Positions 25,450-38,946 are shown, counted from the whole stretch's first letter. The stretch is 63,677 nucleotides of DNA, filler included, from Octopus bimaculoides (GCF_001194135.2; 7 parts of 6 records of this genome joined end to end with filler, not necessarily neighbours in it), one strand, 5' to 3'. The notes: generated from the letters alone by a model not told the origin. Numbers and translations: made by a program.

Positions 25450-26480
25450 TTGTTTAGAAAATTCAGTAGCAGGTTGATGCAATAATGTGTATTATGCAGA
25501 CTTGAAACGACGGATGAGGTGGCGCGAATTTTCTATGAAAATAAGTGATAAGAAAATCTAGCGATAATATCTCTTTTAACTTAAAATCTTATAAAAATCC
25601 GGTGCCTAAACTATTTATTAAATAATTTTGAATGAGTTTATTGAAAATGATTATGAAAATAAAATATTCCAAATATTGAGTACCTACCAAAAGGATTGTT
25701 TCCAGGATTAAACGATTGCCTAACATCCATATCTTCTCTGACATGACCCTTAATATATACGCTGCCTCTGCGAACACTTATAAGGACTTTAAGTCCAAGG
25801 GACTAAACAGAAATTATTAAGACGGTCGATAAAGATGTCTTGAAGCAGTTTAACGATCAGCATTGTGAACTTAGGAAACTAAATATAGCGGATAGGACAG
25901 AAACATACACACCTTGACCTCCTCAGTTCAATCTGAAGGATCATAAAGTTGTTTTTTTATTTTCATTAAACCTTTGATCAGACTTATTTGCCCCACTAGA
26001 TAAGATCTCGGTCGTATAGGTAAAACTAGTTTAGATAGAATTATCCACATTATTAAAGGTGAACTTAAGTCTATCCTTTGGAGAAACACAGGTGTGGTAA
26101 TAACACGATTCTACCTTCTGCAGAATGAGAGCAATATATCCTTCTTCAAGTTGGATATAGACAATTATAATTCTTCCGTCACCCTATTTTACTTAATAAC
26201 GCTCTGTTATACACTGCAAAATAAACACGCCTCTCAGTTGGATATAGATATCATACAAACGGCTGGAAAAACTAATTCTTTCAATAATAAATTGTGAATG
26301 GTTTATTTGTTTCCATACACATTTTCCTAAAATTTGCGGTAGTCTGTGTAGACGTGATGCTTAGCAGTTACCAACAGGTATTCGAAAACTGCCCTTGAGC
26401 ATACCCACGAAGGTCTACATAAACTTTTCAGAAATAATTTATTTATTACAATTTATCTACTGACTCGTGATCCTGGATTG
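25450..26480 (+). pseudogene. Penelope-like element reverse transcriptase fragment (degenerate)
   Basis: Manual translation: LKRRMRWR, QFNLKDHK, RLICPTR*DLGRIGKTSLDRII, LWRNTGVVI, FFKLDIDNY. Confidence 0.7.
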
Positions 26481-26513
26481 AGTATGTATACTACGTTCTT
26501 TCCATCAAATATA

Positions 26514-27868
26514 CAGCAATACTTCACTTTACGAGGAACTGCTTTACGAGACCCCGGGTTTGCGGGTTTTATTTTATACTATTTTACTCTTTTACTTGTT
26601 TCAGTCATTTGACTGCGGCCATGCTGGAGCACCGCCTTTAGTCGAGCAAATCGACCCCAGGACTTATTCTTTGTAAGCCTAGTACTTATTCTATCGGTCT
26701 CTTTTGCCGAATCGCTAAGTTACGGAGACGTAAACACGCCAGCATCGGTTGTCAAGCGAAGTTGGGGTGACAAACACAGACACACAAGCATATACACACA
26801 CATACATACATACATACATACATACATACANNNNNNNNNNNNNNNNNNNNNNNNNNNNNNNNNNNNNNNNNNNNNNNNNNNNNNNNNNNNNNNNNNNNNN
26901 NNNNNNNNNNNNNNNNNNNNNNNNNNNNNNNNNNNNNNNNNNNNNNNNNNNNNNNNNNNNNNNNNNNNNNNNNNNNNNNNNNNNNNNNNNNNNNNNNNNN
27001 NNNNNNNNNNNNNNNNNNNNNNNNNNNNNNNNNNNNNNNNNNNNNNNNNNNNNNNNNNNNNNNNNNNNNNNNNNNNNNNNNNNNNNNNNNNNNNNNNNNN
27101 NNNNNNNNNNNNNNNNNNNNNNNNNNNNNNNNNNNNNNNNNNNNNNNNNNACATACATACATACATACATACACACACACACATATATATATATATATAT
27201 GACGGGCTTCTTTCAGTTTCCGTCTACCAAATCCACTCACAAGGCTTTGGTCAGCCCGAGGCTATGGTAGCAGACACTTGCCCAAGGTGCGATCCAGTGC
27301 GACTGAACCCAGAACCATGTGGTTAGTAAGCAAGCTACTTACTACAAATTTTTCAAGCACAAGATCCAAATTTTCAACGAAGTGCAATAGTTTCTACTAT
27401 CATAACAGATGCTCTTGCGTGTTACCGACAAATATACAGAAAGCGAGAAAAAAAGAAGCTTCTAAGCAAACATCTCTAGACTTGTTTTTTAAAAAGAAAT
27501 CTACAAGTCCGTCTACGACTGCTTGTGAATCGGCGATCGTGCCTGCAAGTGATGGTGTGCACACGTCTAGTGCGAGTGCAAGTGATTCAGAAAGCGATTA
27601 TAATAATAATATTTTTTACCATAAATAATCTTGACATTCCTTTTACTTTACAAAAAAATATTCTTTACATTCCACTGTTGTTTTATTGCCATTTATTTAC
27701 GAGTATTATAAATTTTACAGGTAGACTGTTTCTCTGGGAACGAATTACGATTCATAACATTGCTACTATGGGAAATGATCCGTCTGCTTTACAAATTTTC
27801 GCTTTACGAGTTTTCACTTTACAAGCGGTCTCCGGGAACAAATTAACTCGCATATCTAGGCATTGTTG
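26514..27868 (+). mobile_element. Tigger/pogo-type DNA transposon remnant interrupted by a SINE
   Basis: QDPNFQRSAIV...DALACYRQIY and KKEASKQTSLDLFFKK (27350-27500) match the Tigger C-terminus; imperfect TIRs, each flanked by TA. Confidence 0.6.
26582..27345 (-). mobile_element. SINE family A, near full length (gap inside)
   Basis: Tail at 26582-26790, head at 27200-27345. Confidence 0.9.
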
Positions 27869-28102
27869 TATATAGGAAGATGCCTACTAAGATTCGAGCT
27901 AGCTTTGTCACTGTAAGTTGTGTATAGTTAATTACAACTGTCTGAAACGCTTGCGAATTTGAATATTGTCTTGGTTACTTTTGACTTAATGAAACACATT
28001 GTTATGGAGAAATCAAAAGTATGTACACGGGTGCATGTATCTACGGGTGTTTGTTTGCGAGGATATATTAATATTTATACACACACATACACACACACAC
28101 GC

Positions 28103-28135
<33 letters not shown>

Positions 28136-28430
28136 CACAAATACACACATTTACAAAGCAGAGAGAGAGAGAGAGAAGGAAGGAGGGAGAGAAGGGAGAG
28201 GGAGAAAATGTATATATATATATATATATATATGAACGTATGTATACGTTAGTAGTCATTCATATAAGGTATACATACCGGTTATATGTATTTAGATTCG
28301 TTCGTCTGCTTAGATTTTGTAGGTTTATTTATTGTTATTTTATGAATTTGTAAATGTGTTCTCAATTTGTTCGTGTTAAAGACCCTACATACAGCTGCTT
28401 GTAGTTGGTATTGCAGCTGCATGTGTTATA

Positions 28431-28515
28431 ACTATCACCATCGTCATCATCATCGTCATCATCATCGTCATCATCATCGTCATCATCATCGTCATCATCA
28501 TCGTCATCATCATCG

Positions 28516-28565
<50 letters not shown>

Positions 28566-28652
28566 NNNNNNNNNNCATCGTCATCATCATCGTCATCATC
28601 ATCGTCATCATCATCGTCATCATCATCGTCATCATCATCGTCATCATCATCG

Positions 28653-28687
<35 letters not shown>

Positions 28688-28886
28688 GTCATCATCATCA
28701 TCATCTTCATCGTGGCCGCCGCCACACCCGCTGTTATCGCCGTCATCGTCTTAGTATTTTCATCTTCCTCATCGTCGTCGTCGTCGTCGTCGTCATCATC
28801 ATCGCCACCTTTTTCCTAATCCTCATCGTCGTCTTTGTAGTTGTGGCATTTTTAAAATCAATATCACCAATATTACCATCCCCATT

Positions 28887-28935
<49 letters not shown>
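28431..28935. repeat. (CAT)n with periodic CGT, then (CGT)n and (ACT)n microsatellites
   Basis: Direct reading. Confidence 0.9.
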
Positions 28936-28937
<2 letters not shown>

Positions 28938-30229
28938 CAATACCACCATCACCACATTCACCACCACCATAATGCTGGAACATTCTCNNNNNNNNNNNNN
29001 NNNNNNNNNNNNNNNNNNNNNNNNNNNNNNNNNNNNNNNNNNNNNNNNNNNNNNNNNNNNNNNNNNNNNNNNNNNNNNNNNNNNNNNNNNNNNNNNNNNN
29101 NNNNNNNNNNNNNNNNNNNNNNNNNNNNNNNNNNNNNNNNNNNNNNNNNNNNNNNNNNNNNNNNNNNNNNNNNNNNNNNNNNNNNNNNNNNNNNNNNNNN
29201 NNNNNNNNNNNNNNNNNNNNNNNNNNNNNNNNNNNNNNNNNNNNNNNNNNNNNNNNCGTCCCCTCATCCTTCCCCCGTTCACTCGACATCCCACTTCACG
29301 AATACATCTTCTCTTCGTGGCTCGAACCACCCCCGCCTCATCTACCTACCTACCTACCTACAAGCAAAGAAAGAAACTACTTTCACTCATCACTCCCTCG
29401 TTGTCATCGACCACACACCTACATATACAAACATCTAAACAACTACACACCAACACACACCCATACACACATACATACACACGCATATACGCACCTCTCT
29501 ACTTACATATATGTCTACCTATAATCACATATACATACGTACACGCACACACCAACGCAAATCCACTCACAGACATACACACACACACATACACACTCAG
29601 ACATACACACAAACAAACAGACATGCATACAGACATACATACATACACATAACACGATGTTTACTGTGACAGGAAGGCCAGCTTGGAGGTTATTTAAATA
29701 TATCGTCTAACAACATTTATTTTTAGCGTGTGGTTTATGTGTATGGGTGTGAGTGTGTGTATGTGCACGTATGTGTGTGTGTGTGTGTGCGTACATATGT
29801 GCTTGTGTTTGTTAATGTACAGGACTCTTTTGTATAAGATGATTGTGTGTGTGTGTGTGTAGATACATAAATGCGTGCTAGCGTACTGACGCCAACGCGT
29901 GCGTCTGATATATGTATATGTGTGTGTGTGTGTATGTTTGTGTGTGTTTGTGTGTATGCGTGTGGGGGTGTGTAGGTGTGTTTATGTATATGTATGAACT
30001 TGGTGTTATGTAACGAAACCTGTGAAGGAAAACAGTCAATAGCCTTTTGAATTCTTCAGTTATTCCACATGGACAGAATGGTGATCTTCGCATCCATTCA
30101 AAGCTAGAAGAGAATTACATTCCCACCTCCAGACTCATAAACTCATAACTCTCAATTCCTTATAATTCGCCCCTCATATTGGTCCTGTCTTCCGATGGAA
30201 CCAAAATATCTTCCGCCAAGACAGATCAA

Positions 30230-30498
30230 GGATCTTTTTTAAAACGGGGCCACATTTTTCATTAATGTTTTACGTAGTGTTTTTGGTACGGAAAGACTTT
30301 CAAACTTCGTATACTTATCTATTTTGTGTTATAGAACAGAAAAATATTTTTGTATTCGAATTTATTTCATGTAAAAAATTGTCTTATTTCGATAATTTCA
30401 ACCAATCACTGACGTCTATTCAGCCGATATACATTAAGTGCCGACTACATAAACAAACGATTCTTCGTTTTATTTGCTTTTTTCATTTTAAATTTGCT
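30230..30498 (-). mobile_element. MITE half-copy, same family as 48208-48805
   Basis: TIR ggatctttttaaaacggggccacatttttcattaa; body is the reverse complement of the 48515-48805 arm; ends at a gap. Confidence 0.8.
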
Positions 30499-31577
30499 NN
30501 NNNNNNNNNNNNNNNNNNNNNNNNNNNNNNNNNNNNNNNNNNNNNNNNNNNNNNNNNNNNNNNNNNNNNNNNNNNNNNNNNNNNNNNNNNNNNNNNNNNN
30601 NNNNNNNNNNNNNNNNNNNNNNNNNNNNNNNNNNNNNNNNNNNNNNNNNNNNNNNNNNNNNNNNNNNNNNNNNNNNNNNNNNNNNNNNNNNNNNNNNNNN
30701 NNNNNNNNNNNNNNNNNNNNNNNNNNNNNNNNNNNNNNNNNNNNNNNNNNNNNNNNNNNNNNNNNNNNNNNNNNNNNNNNNNNNNNNNNNNNNNNNNNNN
30801 NNNNNNNNNNNNNNNNNNNNNNNNNNNNNNNNNNNNNNNNNNNNNNNNNNNNNNNNNNNNNNNNNNNNNNNNNNNNNNNNNNNNNNNNNNNNNNNNNNNN
30901 NNNNNNNNNNNNNNNNNNNNNNNNNNNNNNNNNNNNNNNNNNNNNNNNNNNNNNNNNNNNNNNNNNNNNNNNNNNNNNNNNNNNNNNNNNNNNNNNNNNN
31001 NNNNNNNNNNNNNNNNNNNNNNNNNNNNNNNNNNNNNNNNNNNNNNNNNNNNNNNNNNNNNNNNNNNNNNNNNNNNNNNNNNNNNNNNNNNNNNNNNNNN
31101 NNNNNNNNNNNNNNNNNNNNNNNNNNNNNNNNNNNNNNNNNNNNNNNNNNNNNNNNNNNNNNNNNNNNNNNNNNNNNNNNNNNNNNNNNNNNNNNNNNNN
31201 NNNNNNNNNNNNNNNNNNNNNNNNNNNNNNNNNNNNNNNNNNNNNNNNNNNNNNNNNNNNNNNNNNNNNNNNNNNNNNNNNNNNNNNNNNNNNNNNNNNN
31301 NNNNNNNNNNNNNNNNNNNNNNTGTGTGTGTGTGTGTGTGTGTATATATATGTATATATTGGTTTATGTATATATTAATATTATCTCAGTTATTAAAACT
31401 TTCGATAATTTGAATACGTTAATAGTTACCAGAGGTAGCAAATGGAATAATATCGTTGACCCCTTTATATCTCTATGTAAACAAACCTTCTAACGGTCAC
31501 GGACCATGTAACATCTCGGCCCATAAGTTACCCCATGATTTCGTTTTTGTCTTGCTATTTCATGTTTTATTATGATC

Positions 31578-31663
31578 TCCCTGAAGAGAAATGAATGAGG
31601 ACCCCAACAGCTCTTTCTTCTCTGTGAAAGTATGATCATTTATTTCGAAACATATATGTAGGA
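31578..31663 (+). ncRNA. Type I hammerhead ribozyme with canonical core
   Basis: UCC-CUGAAGA-11-bp stem II (31588-31598 with 31636-31646)-GAAA-ACA/UAUA/UGU stem III-GUA cleavage triplet-GGA. Confidence 0.7.
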
Positions 31664-31881
31664 ATTAAAGGAACTTTCATCGACATGCGTTTTGCTTCAT
31701 TTATTATTATCTATATATGTATATATATATATATATATATATNNNNNNNNNNNNNNNNNNNNNNNNNNNNNNNNNNNNNNNNNNNNTTAATTAATTAANN
31801 NNNNNNNNNNNNNNNNNNNNNNNNNNNNNNNNNNNNNNNNNNGAGGATAAACATCAATGCAGATAGACAGATAGTCACACA

Positions 31882-31889
31882 TACACACA

Positions 31890-31940
<51 letters not shown>

Positions 31941-31947
31941 ACCCATC

Positions 31948-32020
<73 letters not shown>
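31882..32020. repeat. (TATC)n microsatellite
   Basis: Direct reading. Confidence 0.9.
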
Positions 32021-32021
<1 letters not shown>

Positions 32022-33271
32022 AAGCCCAGTAGTTATCAGGGTGCAGCCGAGGATTTAAACGGCCTCGTCTGTCTTGAGCCCGTTGGTCTGTCTGCAAATG
32101 ATATTCATCATAAATTAAATCTTCCAAAACTTTCGTTTTTTAGTTTCTGATGAGACATTGGTGAAACAAAATATATATTTTGTTCCACTAAAGAATATGG
32201 ATTACGTATCTTATTTAGTGATTTATGCTTGTGCACGCGCGTGTAAGTGTGTACGTAGTTTGTGTATGTGTGTGTGTGGTGTGTGTTTGTGTATTTCAAA
32301 TTTACAGAAAAAGAAAATACGAAGATAGGCATAGTAACAATAATTAAGTGTATTAGTGCAACATTCGGGGAAAATGGAAAAATCTTTTATGTTTCGAGTC
32401 TACGTTCTTCGACAGAAAGGAATAAGAGGCAAAATGGAGAGAGAATGAAAAAAACGGAGAGAGAAGAAAACAGTGTATGGCGTATGGCTAGGAAGAGAAG
32501 AGGCCGAATGAAAGGGAGATAGTAATAGTAATCCCAACGAACTAAGGTGCGCAGGCGTGTGTACGTGAGTATGAATGTGCGAATAATGGCGAGTAATTTA
32601 GACGTGTGTGTGCGTGTGTAACGTGTGTGTGTGTGTTTGTTGCGTGTAGCAGTCGTTGTGTGCTTTTCAAGTGGTGTGATCACATGTGTATGTGTGTGTG
32701 TCTGTGACCAAATTTTGTGCATGTGTATAGTGTATGCTTGTGGGCAAACGTTATCTTTATCTATGCGTATTGCGTGCATCATGCGTGTTCTGTGTGTCTG
32801 TATATGTTGTCTTTGTTTAGGTATTGTATGCCTACGTGGGTGTGAGAATATATACTGTTTGTGTCCAGGTATTATGTACTTGTGTGGTTGTGGTAGTGTG
32901 CATGATAGTGTGTGGTGTGTGTACTGAGTGTGTGTGGCTGCTCGTATATTGCTATGTGTAGTACCGTTATTAAAGATTTTGTGTAAGTGTGTGGTGTGGG
33001 TGTTTAGAAGTGTTTGGTGGTAGTGTATGTAGAGTAGAAAGGTGTTGTGGGTGTGTGTGTAATAGTATTTTAAGTCAATGATGAGTTGAACAGTGTGTAT
33101 ATGTTTGAGTATCGTAGTGTGGTGAGGTTACCAATGTGGGCGGTATACAGGTGTGTAGGTGGAGGGGGAATTTATATGTGTGAGGTGTGTGATCGACTCG
33201 CTTACACACACATACACATTCACACATACACACACATATTAACATAAGTAATTCCAGGAGTAATATGAATT

Positions 33272-33327
33272 CTACTTCAATAATGCGTAGATATCCAGAG
33301 CTTCTAGTGGAGCTTTACTGTTTTCCA
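33272..33327 (-). CDS. PAN-domain secreted protein, coding exon 5 (last): (V)ENSKAPLEALDIYALLK*
   Basis: Acceptor ttttttgcatttcag; phase 1 matches exon 4; TAG at 33272-33274. Confidence 0.7.
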
Positions 33328-33879
33328 CTGAAATGCAAAAAAGAGAAAAATTTTAAATTAATTAAAACAGTGATTGTGGTTGTATACAAGAACTGCATCG
33401 TCGTTGAAATGAAAGATATACAAACGACAAAGAAAATACATATTTGAGAAGGAGAATTAAAAAGGAATTAAAAAGAACTTCAAAAAACATTTTAAAATGT
33501 CATTAATCGAATGTGTCATATTGTTAGCAAACGCAGAGTTAGCTTCATTAGTTTCACCTTCGATGCCTGTCAATCAACAAACAAAATATACCTTGTTGCA
33601 TTTTAGGTGCCTGATCTTAAGGTGATATGCAATTATAATACATTTTAAAAGAAACTCACGGACAGTAATTGATATGGATTCCAGAATATTCTGGCACGTT
33701 GCAATATTTAAGTTTTATGTGAAACGACGTGAACCTCTCTGGAATTTTGTTGTAAATCAGTCAGATAGATTATAGATAAATACACAAGTGAATATCCTTT
33801 TATTCTTTTATCTGTTTCAGTCATTTGGCTGCGGCCATGCTGGAGCACCTCTTTTAGTGGAGCAAATCGATCCCAAGAC

Positions 33880-34620
33880 ATACCCATTCCTCCATAGAAC
33901 TGGTATTGACAACAAATGGAGTGCCTTCCACAAAATGCAGAAGAGTAGGCACTCCAGTTCAGCTAGAGGTGAATCGGAGCGAGGCACGAAGCTCATATGA
34001 CGAAGATATATGACGAAGGCCAAGAATGCATTCGCAATATCAATTCCACCAAACTTTAAAGGATAGCTTTCCCTAGGGATATTATTGGGTGAAGCTGACC
34101 AACCTGCATGTCGTCTCGTCCACGTTCTTCTCCACTTGGAGATCTGGATCAAACCAAACACCGCGTAACTTAACCAGTCCGTATGTACAGAATCATACGA
34201 CACTATTGGGTCGTAGACGACAAAAACCTACCTGCCCAGGTGGCCAGCAGCTGCAGGCTCACTAAACAGACTTGACTGATTGTTTTTGCTCCAGATAGTG
34301 CATCGTATACACTAAGACTACTGTTGATCAAGAGTATCTACCGTCATAGTGTCTGACACGATGGCGGCAATCTCATCGGTGAATTTCGACGTTGTTTTTT
34401 CACGTCTTCGTGCGGGATGCTCGTTAGTGTCTCCATTTTCTCTTATAGTGACTTCCGAGTCCGTACGTACGAAAGAGACAAGAAAGGGACCATCTTGGCG
34501 GACTGAGCGCATAATATCGAGTGGTTCCGATCAGTAGCCATTCACTCGAAATAATGAGTTGCTGTAGTTCATCGAACGGTTTTTATCTCCTCATATCTTC
34601 GAGCACGCATCGAAGTTGCA
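33880..34620 (-). pseudogene. Degenerate L1/Tx1-clade LINE RT fragment
   Basis: FRVNGY*SEPLDIMRSVRQDGP (VRQG-like motif), IANAFLAFVIY, LECLLFCILWK. Confidence 0.6.
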
Positions 34621-34701
34621 TACGTAATTTCATGGGGGACAATAAAGATTAATGCAATCCAACTGTGGTTTGAGAGGCATTCACTCCTCTCTCTCTCTCT
34701 C

Positions 34702-34735
<34 letters not shown>

Positions 34736-35299
34736 NNNNNNNNNNNNNNNNNNNNNNNNNNNNNNNNNNNNNNNNNNNNNNNNNNNNNNNNNNNNNNNNN
34801 NNNNNNNNNNNNNNNNNNNNNNNNNNNNNNNNNNNNNNNNNNNNNNNNNNNNNNNNNNNNNNNNNNNNNNNNNNNNNNNNNNNNNNNNNNNNNNNNNNNN
34901 NNNNNNNNNNNNNNNNNNNNNNNNNNNNNNNNNNNNNNNNNNNNNNNNNNNNNNNNNNNNNNNNNNNNNNNNNNNNNNNNNNNNNNNNNNNNNNNNNNNN
35001 NNNNNNNNNNNNNNNNNNNNNNNNNNNNNNNNNNNNNNNNNNNNNNNNNNNNNNNNNNNNNNNNNNNNNNNNNNNNNATATATATATATATATACGCTTA
35101 TGTGTTTGTGTGTGTGCGAGCGCTTACGAATATGTATATGTAAAGTGAATAGGAATAATACGGTAATACAGATGTGGAAATAATGCTGAATAAAACACTA
35201 AATCGTTTTAACGTATATTGATATGAATTTTCACAGAAAAACTGTCATTCATAAACATAAAGCTTGCTTATAACAGATGTAAACAGTTATGAACTTATA

Positions 35300-35800
35300 T
35301 GAAATGGAATTTGGTTACAACAATATATTTATAAATAGGAGTACTGAAACAGAAGCTAGAATCAAAATTGTCACCGCAGACAGACTCGCTTTATACGGGA
35401 CAAACTGCACAATTACATTAATTAAAGGGTTAATATGCAGTGGGATATTAGAGGAAATTAAAAGAGAAGGTTTAGAAATGAAATTGTTAAGAAAACGTTG
35501 GAGATAAGTTGAAGAATCAAACTTATTAGAAAAAGTTAATGTCGCGTGTAATCATGGAGGTCAGCTGACCTGCAGCTGTGAATATATCTTCCAAAATCAA
35601 CAAAAAAGTGAATATCTAAGGACAGCTACTGGCAAACCATCAGATATCTGCCTTGATGATAAATTCGAATTTATATCAATAATGATTGGAGCACTTGGTT
35701 ATGTTAGTAAATGTCGAAGCGGCAAATTGAAAAAGCTGATATTTTCAAGTAAAAGAAACAGACTGGCTAACATGTACGCTACGAGATACAATCTGTAAGT
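35300..35800 (+). mobile_element. Highly degenerate non-LTR retrotransposon C-terminus (possibly R4-like)
   Basis: ISIMIGALGYVSK resembles the PIIIGALG tail motif; otherwise broken. Confidence 0.3.
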
Positions 35801-35958
35801 AAAACTTTTCTTTAAAGAGTGATTTGTAATAATTACTGTTGTCATCCAAATTCTAGTTGTGCTTTTCTTTGTTTATTTAAAATCAGGTCCCTCCTTCTAG
35901 GAAGAATACCAATAAATAAAAAAAGTGGAAGCGCACAATCTCAGAACACGCACGCACG

Positions 35959-36035
<77 letters not shown>

Positions 36036-36139
36036 ACACACACACACATACATGTACACACATCTGTACATACGTTCATAAATATATAGACAGACACATA
36101 TATACAACCATTTGCAGGCAGAAAAAAGAAATATATTAC

Positions 36140-36249
36140 CAGTAAAGTCCTCTCTGTAACGAATATAATAATGCAAACTATTTGTCTTGCCTGCTTTCAG
36201 CGCACCATAGTTATCATTATTAACTGGTCCGATGGCAATAATCTCCTCA
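36140..36249 (-). CDS. PAN-domain secreted protein, coding exon 4
   Basis: Acceptor ttattttcag, donor GTAATA; phases 2 and 1 fit neighbours; open frame EEIIAIGPVNNDNYGALKAGKTNSLHYYIRYREDFT. Confidence 0.65.
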
Positions 36250-37496
36250 CTGAAAATAATATATTACCGTTGATGCATTCAATTAACATTCATCATAATG
36301 AAATACTTTACGACTGTATTTACGACAATAAGTTCTGTTTAATGAAATCACTGAGTTTATATGTCATGTTTGAAATTATTGAGTGTGTTATTCTTCGTAA
36401 ATGTGACCTGTACTTTGAATAAATCAGATTTTGTTATTTAGCTTCAATTGAAGTGTGAAGAACAGGGAGTTAAAGAAGGAGTGTCAGATGAGACTGAAAC
36501 GAAAGATTTAGGAAGTGTGACTGTTGCAGACGAGATGTATACTGGATGAGAGCAAAAGGGCAGGAATTCAGTTAAAGGATAGAGCACAGACTGCGATGCG
36601 TTTGATCATTAGCTGTACTGATGCGCTAGTGTTTCTAGTATTTGGAGGGACAAAGAATTGATTATCAGTTGCATTGGTGGCTTTATGCCTAAATTATAAA
36701 CACACACACACATGCACACACATATACACATGTATATATATATATACATATATNNNNNNNNNNNNNNNNNNNNNNNNNNNNNNNNNNNNNNNNNNNNNNN
36801 NNNNNNNNNNNNNNNNNNNNNNNNNNNNNNNNNNNNNNNNNNNNNNNNNNNNNNNNNNNNNNNNNNNNNNNNNNNNNNNNNNNNNNNNNNNNNNNNNNNN
36901 NNNNNNNNNNNNNNNNNNNNNNNNNNNNNNNNNNNNNNNNNNNNNNNNNNNNNNNNNNNNNNNNNNNNNNNNNNNNNNNNNNNNNNNNNNNNNNNNNNNN
37001 NNNNNNNNNNNNNNNNNNNNNNNNNNNNNNNNNNNNNNNNNNNNNNNNNNNNNNNNNNNNNNNNNNNNNNNNNNNNNNNNNNNNNNNNNNNNNNNNNNNN
37101 NNNNNNNNNNNNNNNNNNNNNNNNNNNNNNNNNNNNNNNNNNNNNNNNNNNNNNNNNNNNNNNNNNNNNNNNNNNNNNNNNNNNNNNNNNNNNNNNNNNN
37201 NNNNNNNNNNNNNNNNNNNNNNNNNNNNNNNNNNNNNNNNNNNNNNNNNNNNNNNNNNNNNNNNNNNNNNNNNNNNNNNNNNNNNNNNNNNNNNNNNNNN
37301 NNNNNNNNNNNNNNNNNNNNNNNNNNNNNNNNNNNNNNNNNNNNNNNNNNNNNNNNNNNNNNNNNNNNNNNNNNNNNNNNNNNNNNNNNNNNNNNNNNNN
37401 NNNNNNNNNNNNNNNNNNNNNNNNNNNNNNNNNNNNNNNNNNNNNNNNNNNNNNTATATATATATATATATATATATATCACTATATCTTATTTTC

Positions 37497-37573
<77 letters not shown>

Positions 37574-38794
37574 AATATGTGACAATTATTCGGTAACCAT
37601 GATAAAACTCCGAGTTTCGGATGCCGCTGCGGTTATAACGAGTTCACTTTCTCGTATATGATAAATCAAAGGGAAACTGTGAGACAGTCGAAAGTGCCTG
37701 AGAAGGTTAGTGAGGTCTTTCCACGGACTTCTATCGACTACATAGACACAGTAGTTTCGTGCATCCAAAATGCCATTCAAATCGCCCACTAACACTGATG
37801 AGCAAAATGTCCCCAAGCGTGTCCCTAGGTATCAAAGGAAATCTATTCTGCCCGCTCGAGTCGGGGTGCAAAAAGTCACTAATCTGATGATTTCATTCTC
37901 ATCGTGCGCACGTCCAGAAACGCTCACCAATAACACGGAACAGTAAAACCGTATTTACATCCAGAGCCAGGCCTTTCCAAAGCAGCACCGCTACATAATT
38001 TGATCCAGAACGACCGAATGTGCTGCAAGCATCAGTCTCTCAGAAGGGGGACAGGAAATTACGTCTCGAAAATTCTGGTTTCCCTGATTACAACGACGTA
38101 TGTGTGCAGAGACCTGAGATTATGGAACAGGTATCCCTGCTTCCATGCTGACCTCGAGGAATTTATACTGCTAAATATCGAGAAAAGCTATTTATATTGT
38201 AGGAAACAGATCACAGCTGGTCGTTCTAATCGTACCTAGATAGAATATATTCAAGATCAATAGTTAAGGATAATTTAGGATGCCCTGATTTCAAACTGGT
38301 TGGCAACACGGACCACAAATACGAGATCTGTTCGGTTGACCTAATGAAGACTAGGTTACTGGAAGGGGAATGTGTCATTTTCGGCCCACAAGATTAGAAG
38401 GACCCAGTCAGTGAATATGCTAATGAGTAATTGAGGGAAAAAATTACTACTTATGCATTTGTGAGCACTTCATCATCATCATCATCATCATAATCATCAT
38501 CATCATCATCACTATCATCATCATTTAAACAAAAATAAAGGTAGAATCAGTGAGATTGCAACCAATAAGCCAAGTTGCGGCTATTTTCGTTCCTGTACGT
38601 TTTCTATCCAAATCCCACCACGATCAAGTTTCTCATTTATTCTTTCAGGATGAATAACATAAAACTAGTTAATTACGTCCCCAAGAAAATTACTGAGATC
38701 AATGTATCGTAATATGATACTAGTTGAAAAAAATCGTAATTATTATCATAGGAAATCTATTGGTGCTAATAAATAAAAAGGAATTAATATATAC

Positions 38795-38946
38795 GCATAT
38801 TTGAACTCGTAGTTGACTTTTACATCTCCAAACCACGGTACTGAGATGAGTTTTTCATACTGGAACCACGATGTGTAATTTGTCTCTTTTCCATCGAAAG
38901 TTAATGAGTGAACATCAGCTTTATTTTTTCTCAAGGTGAGTTTCAC
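38795..38946 (-). CDS. PAN-domain secreted protein, coding exon 3
   Basis: Acceptor tcttttattttcag, donor GTATAT (weak); VKLTLRKNKADVHSLTFDGKETNYTSWFQYEKLISVPWFGDVKVNYEFKY. Confidence 0.75.

Noticed and set aside
28367-28819. Poly-His ORF
   Set aside because: Translation of a (CAT)n microsatellite with no splice or codon support.
32143-32172. CUGAUGA-GACAUUGGU-GAAAC
   Set aside because: Stem II is only 2 bp and there is no stem III or NUH triplet.
37586-38440. ORFs 37586-37816 and 38000-38239 in intron 3
   Set aside because: No splice-compatible frame; faint LINE-like motifs only, too degraded to classify.
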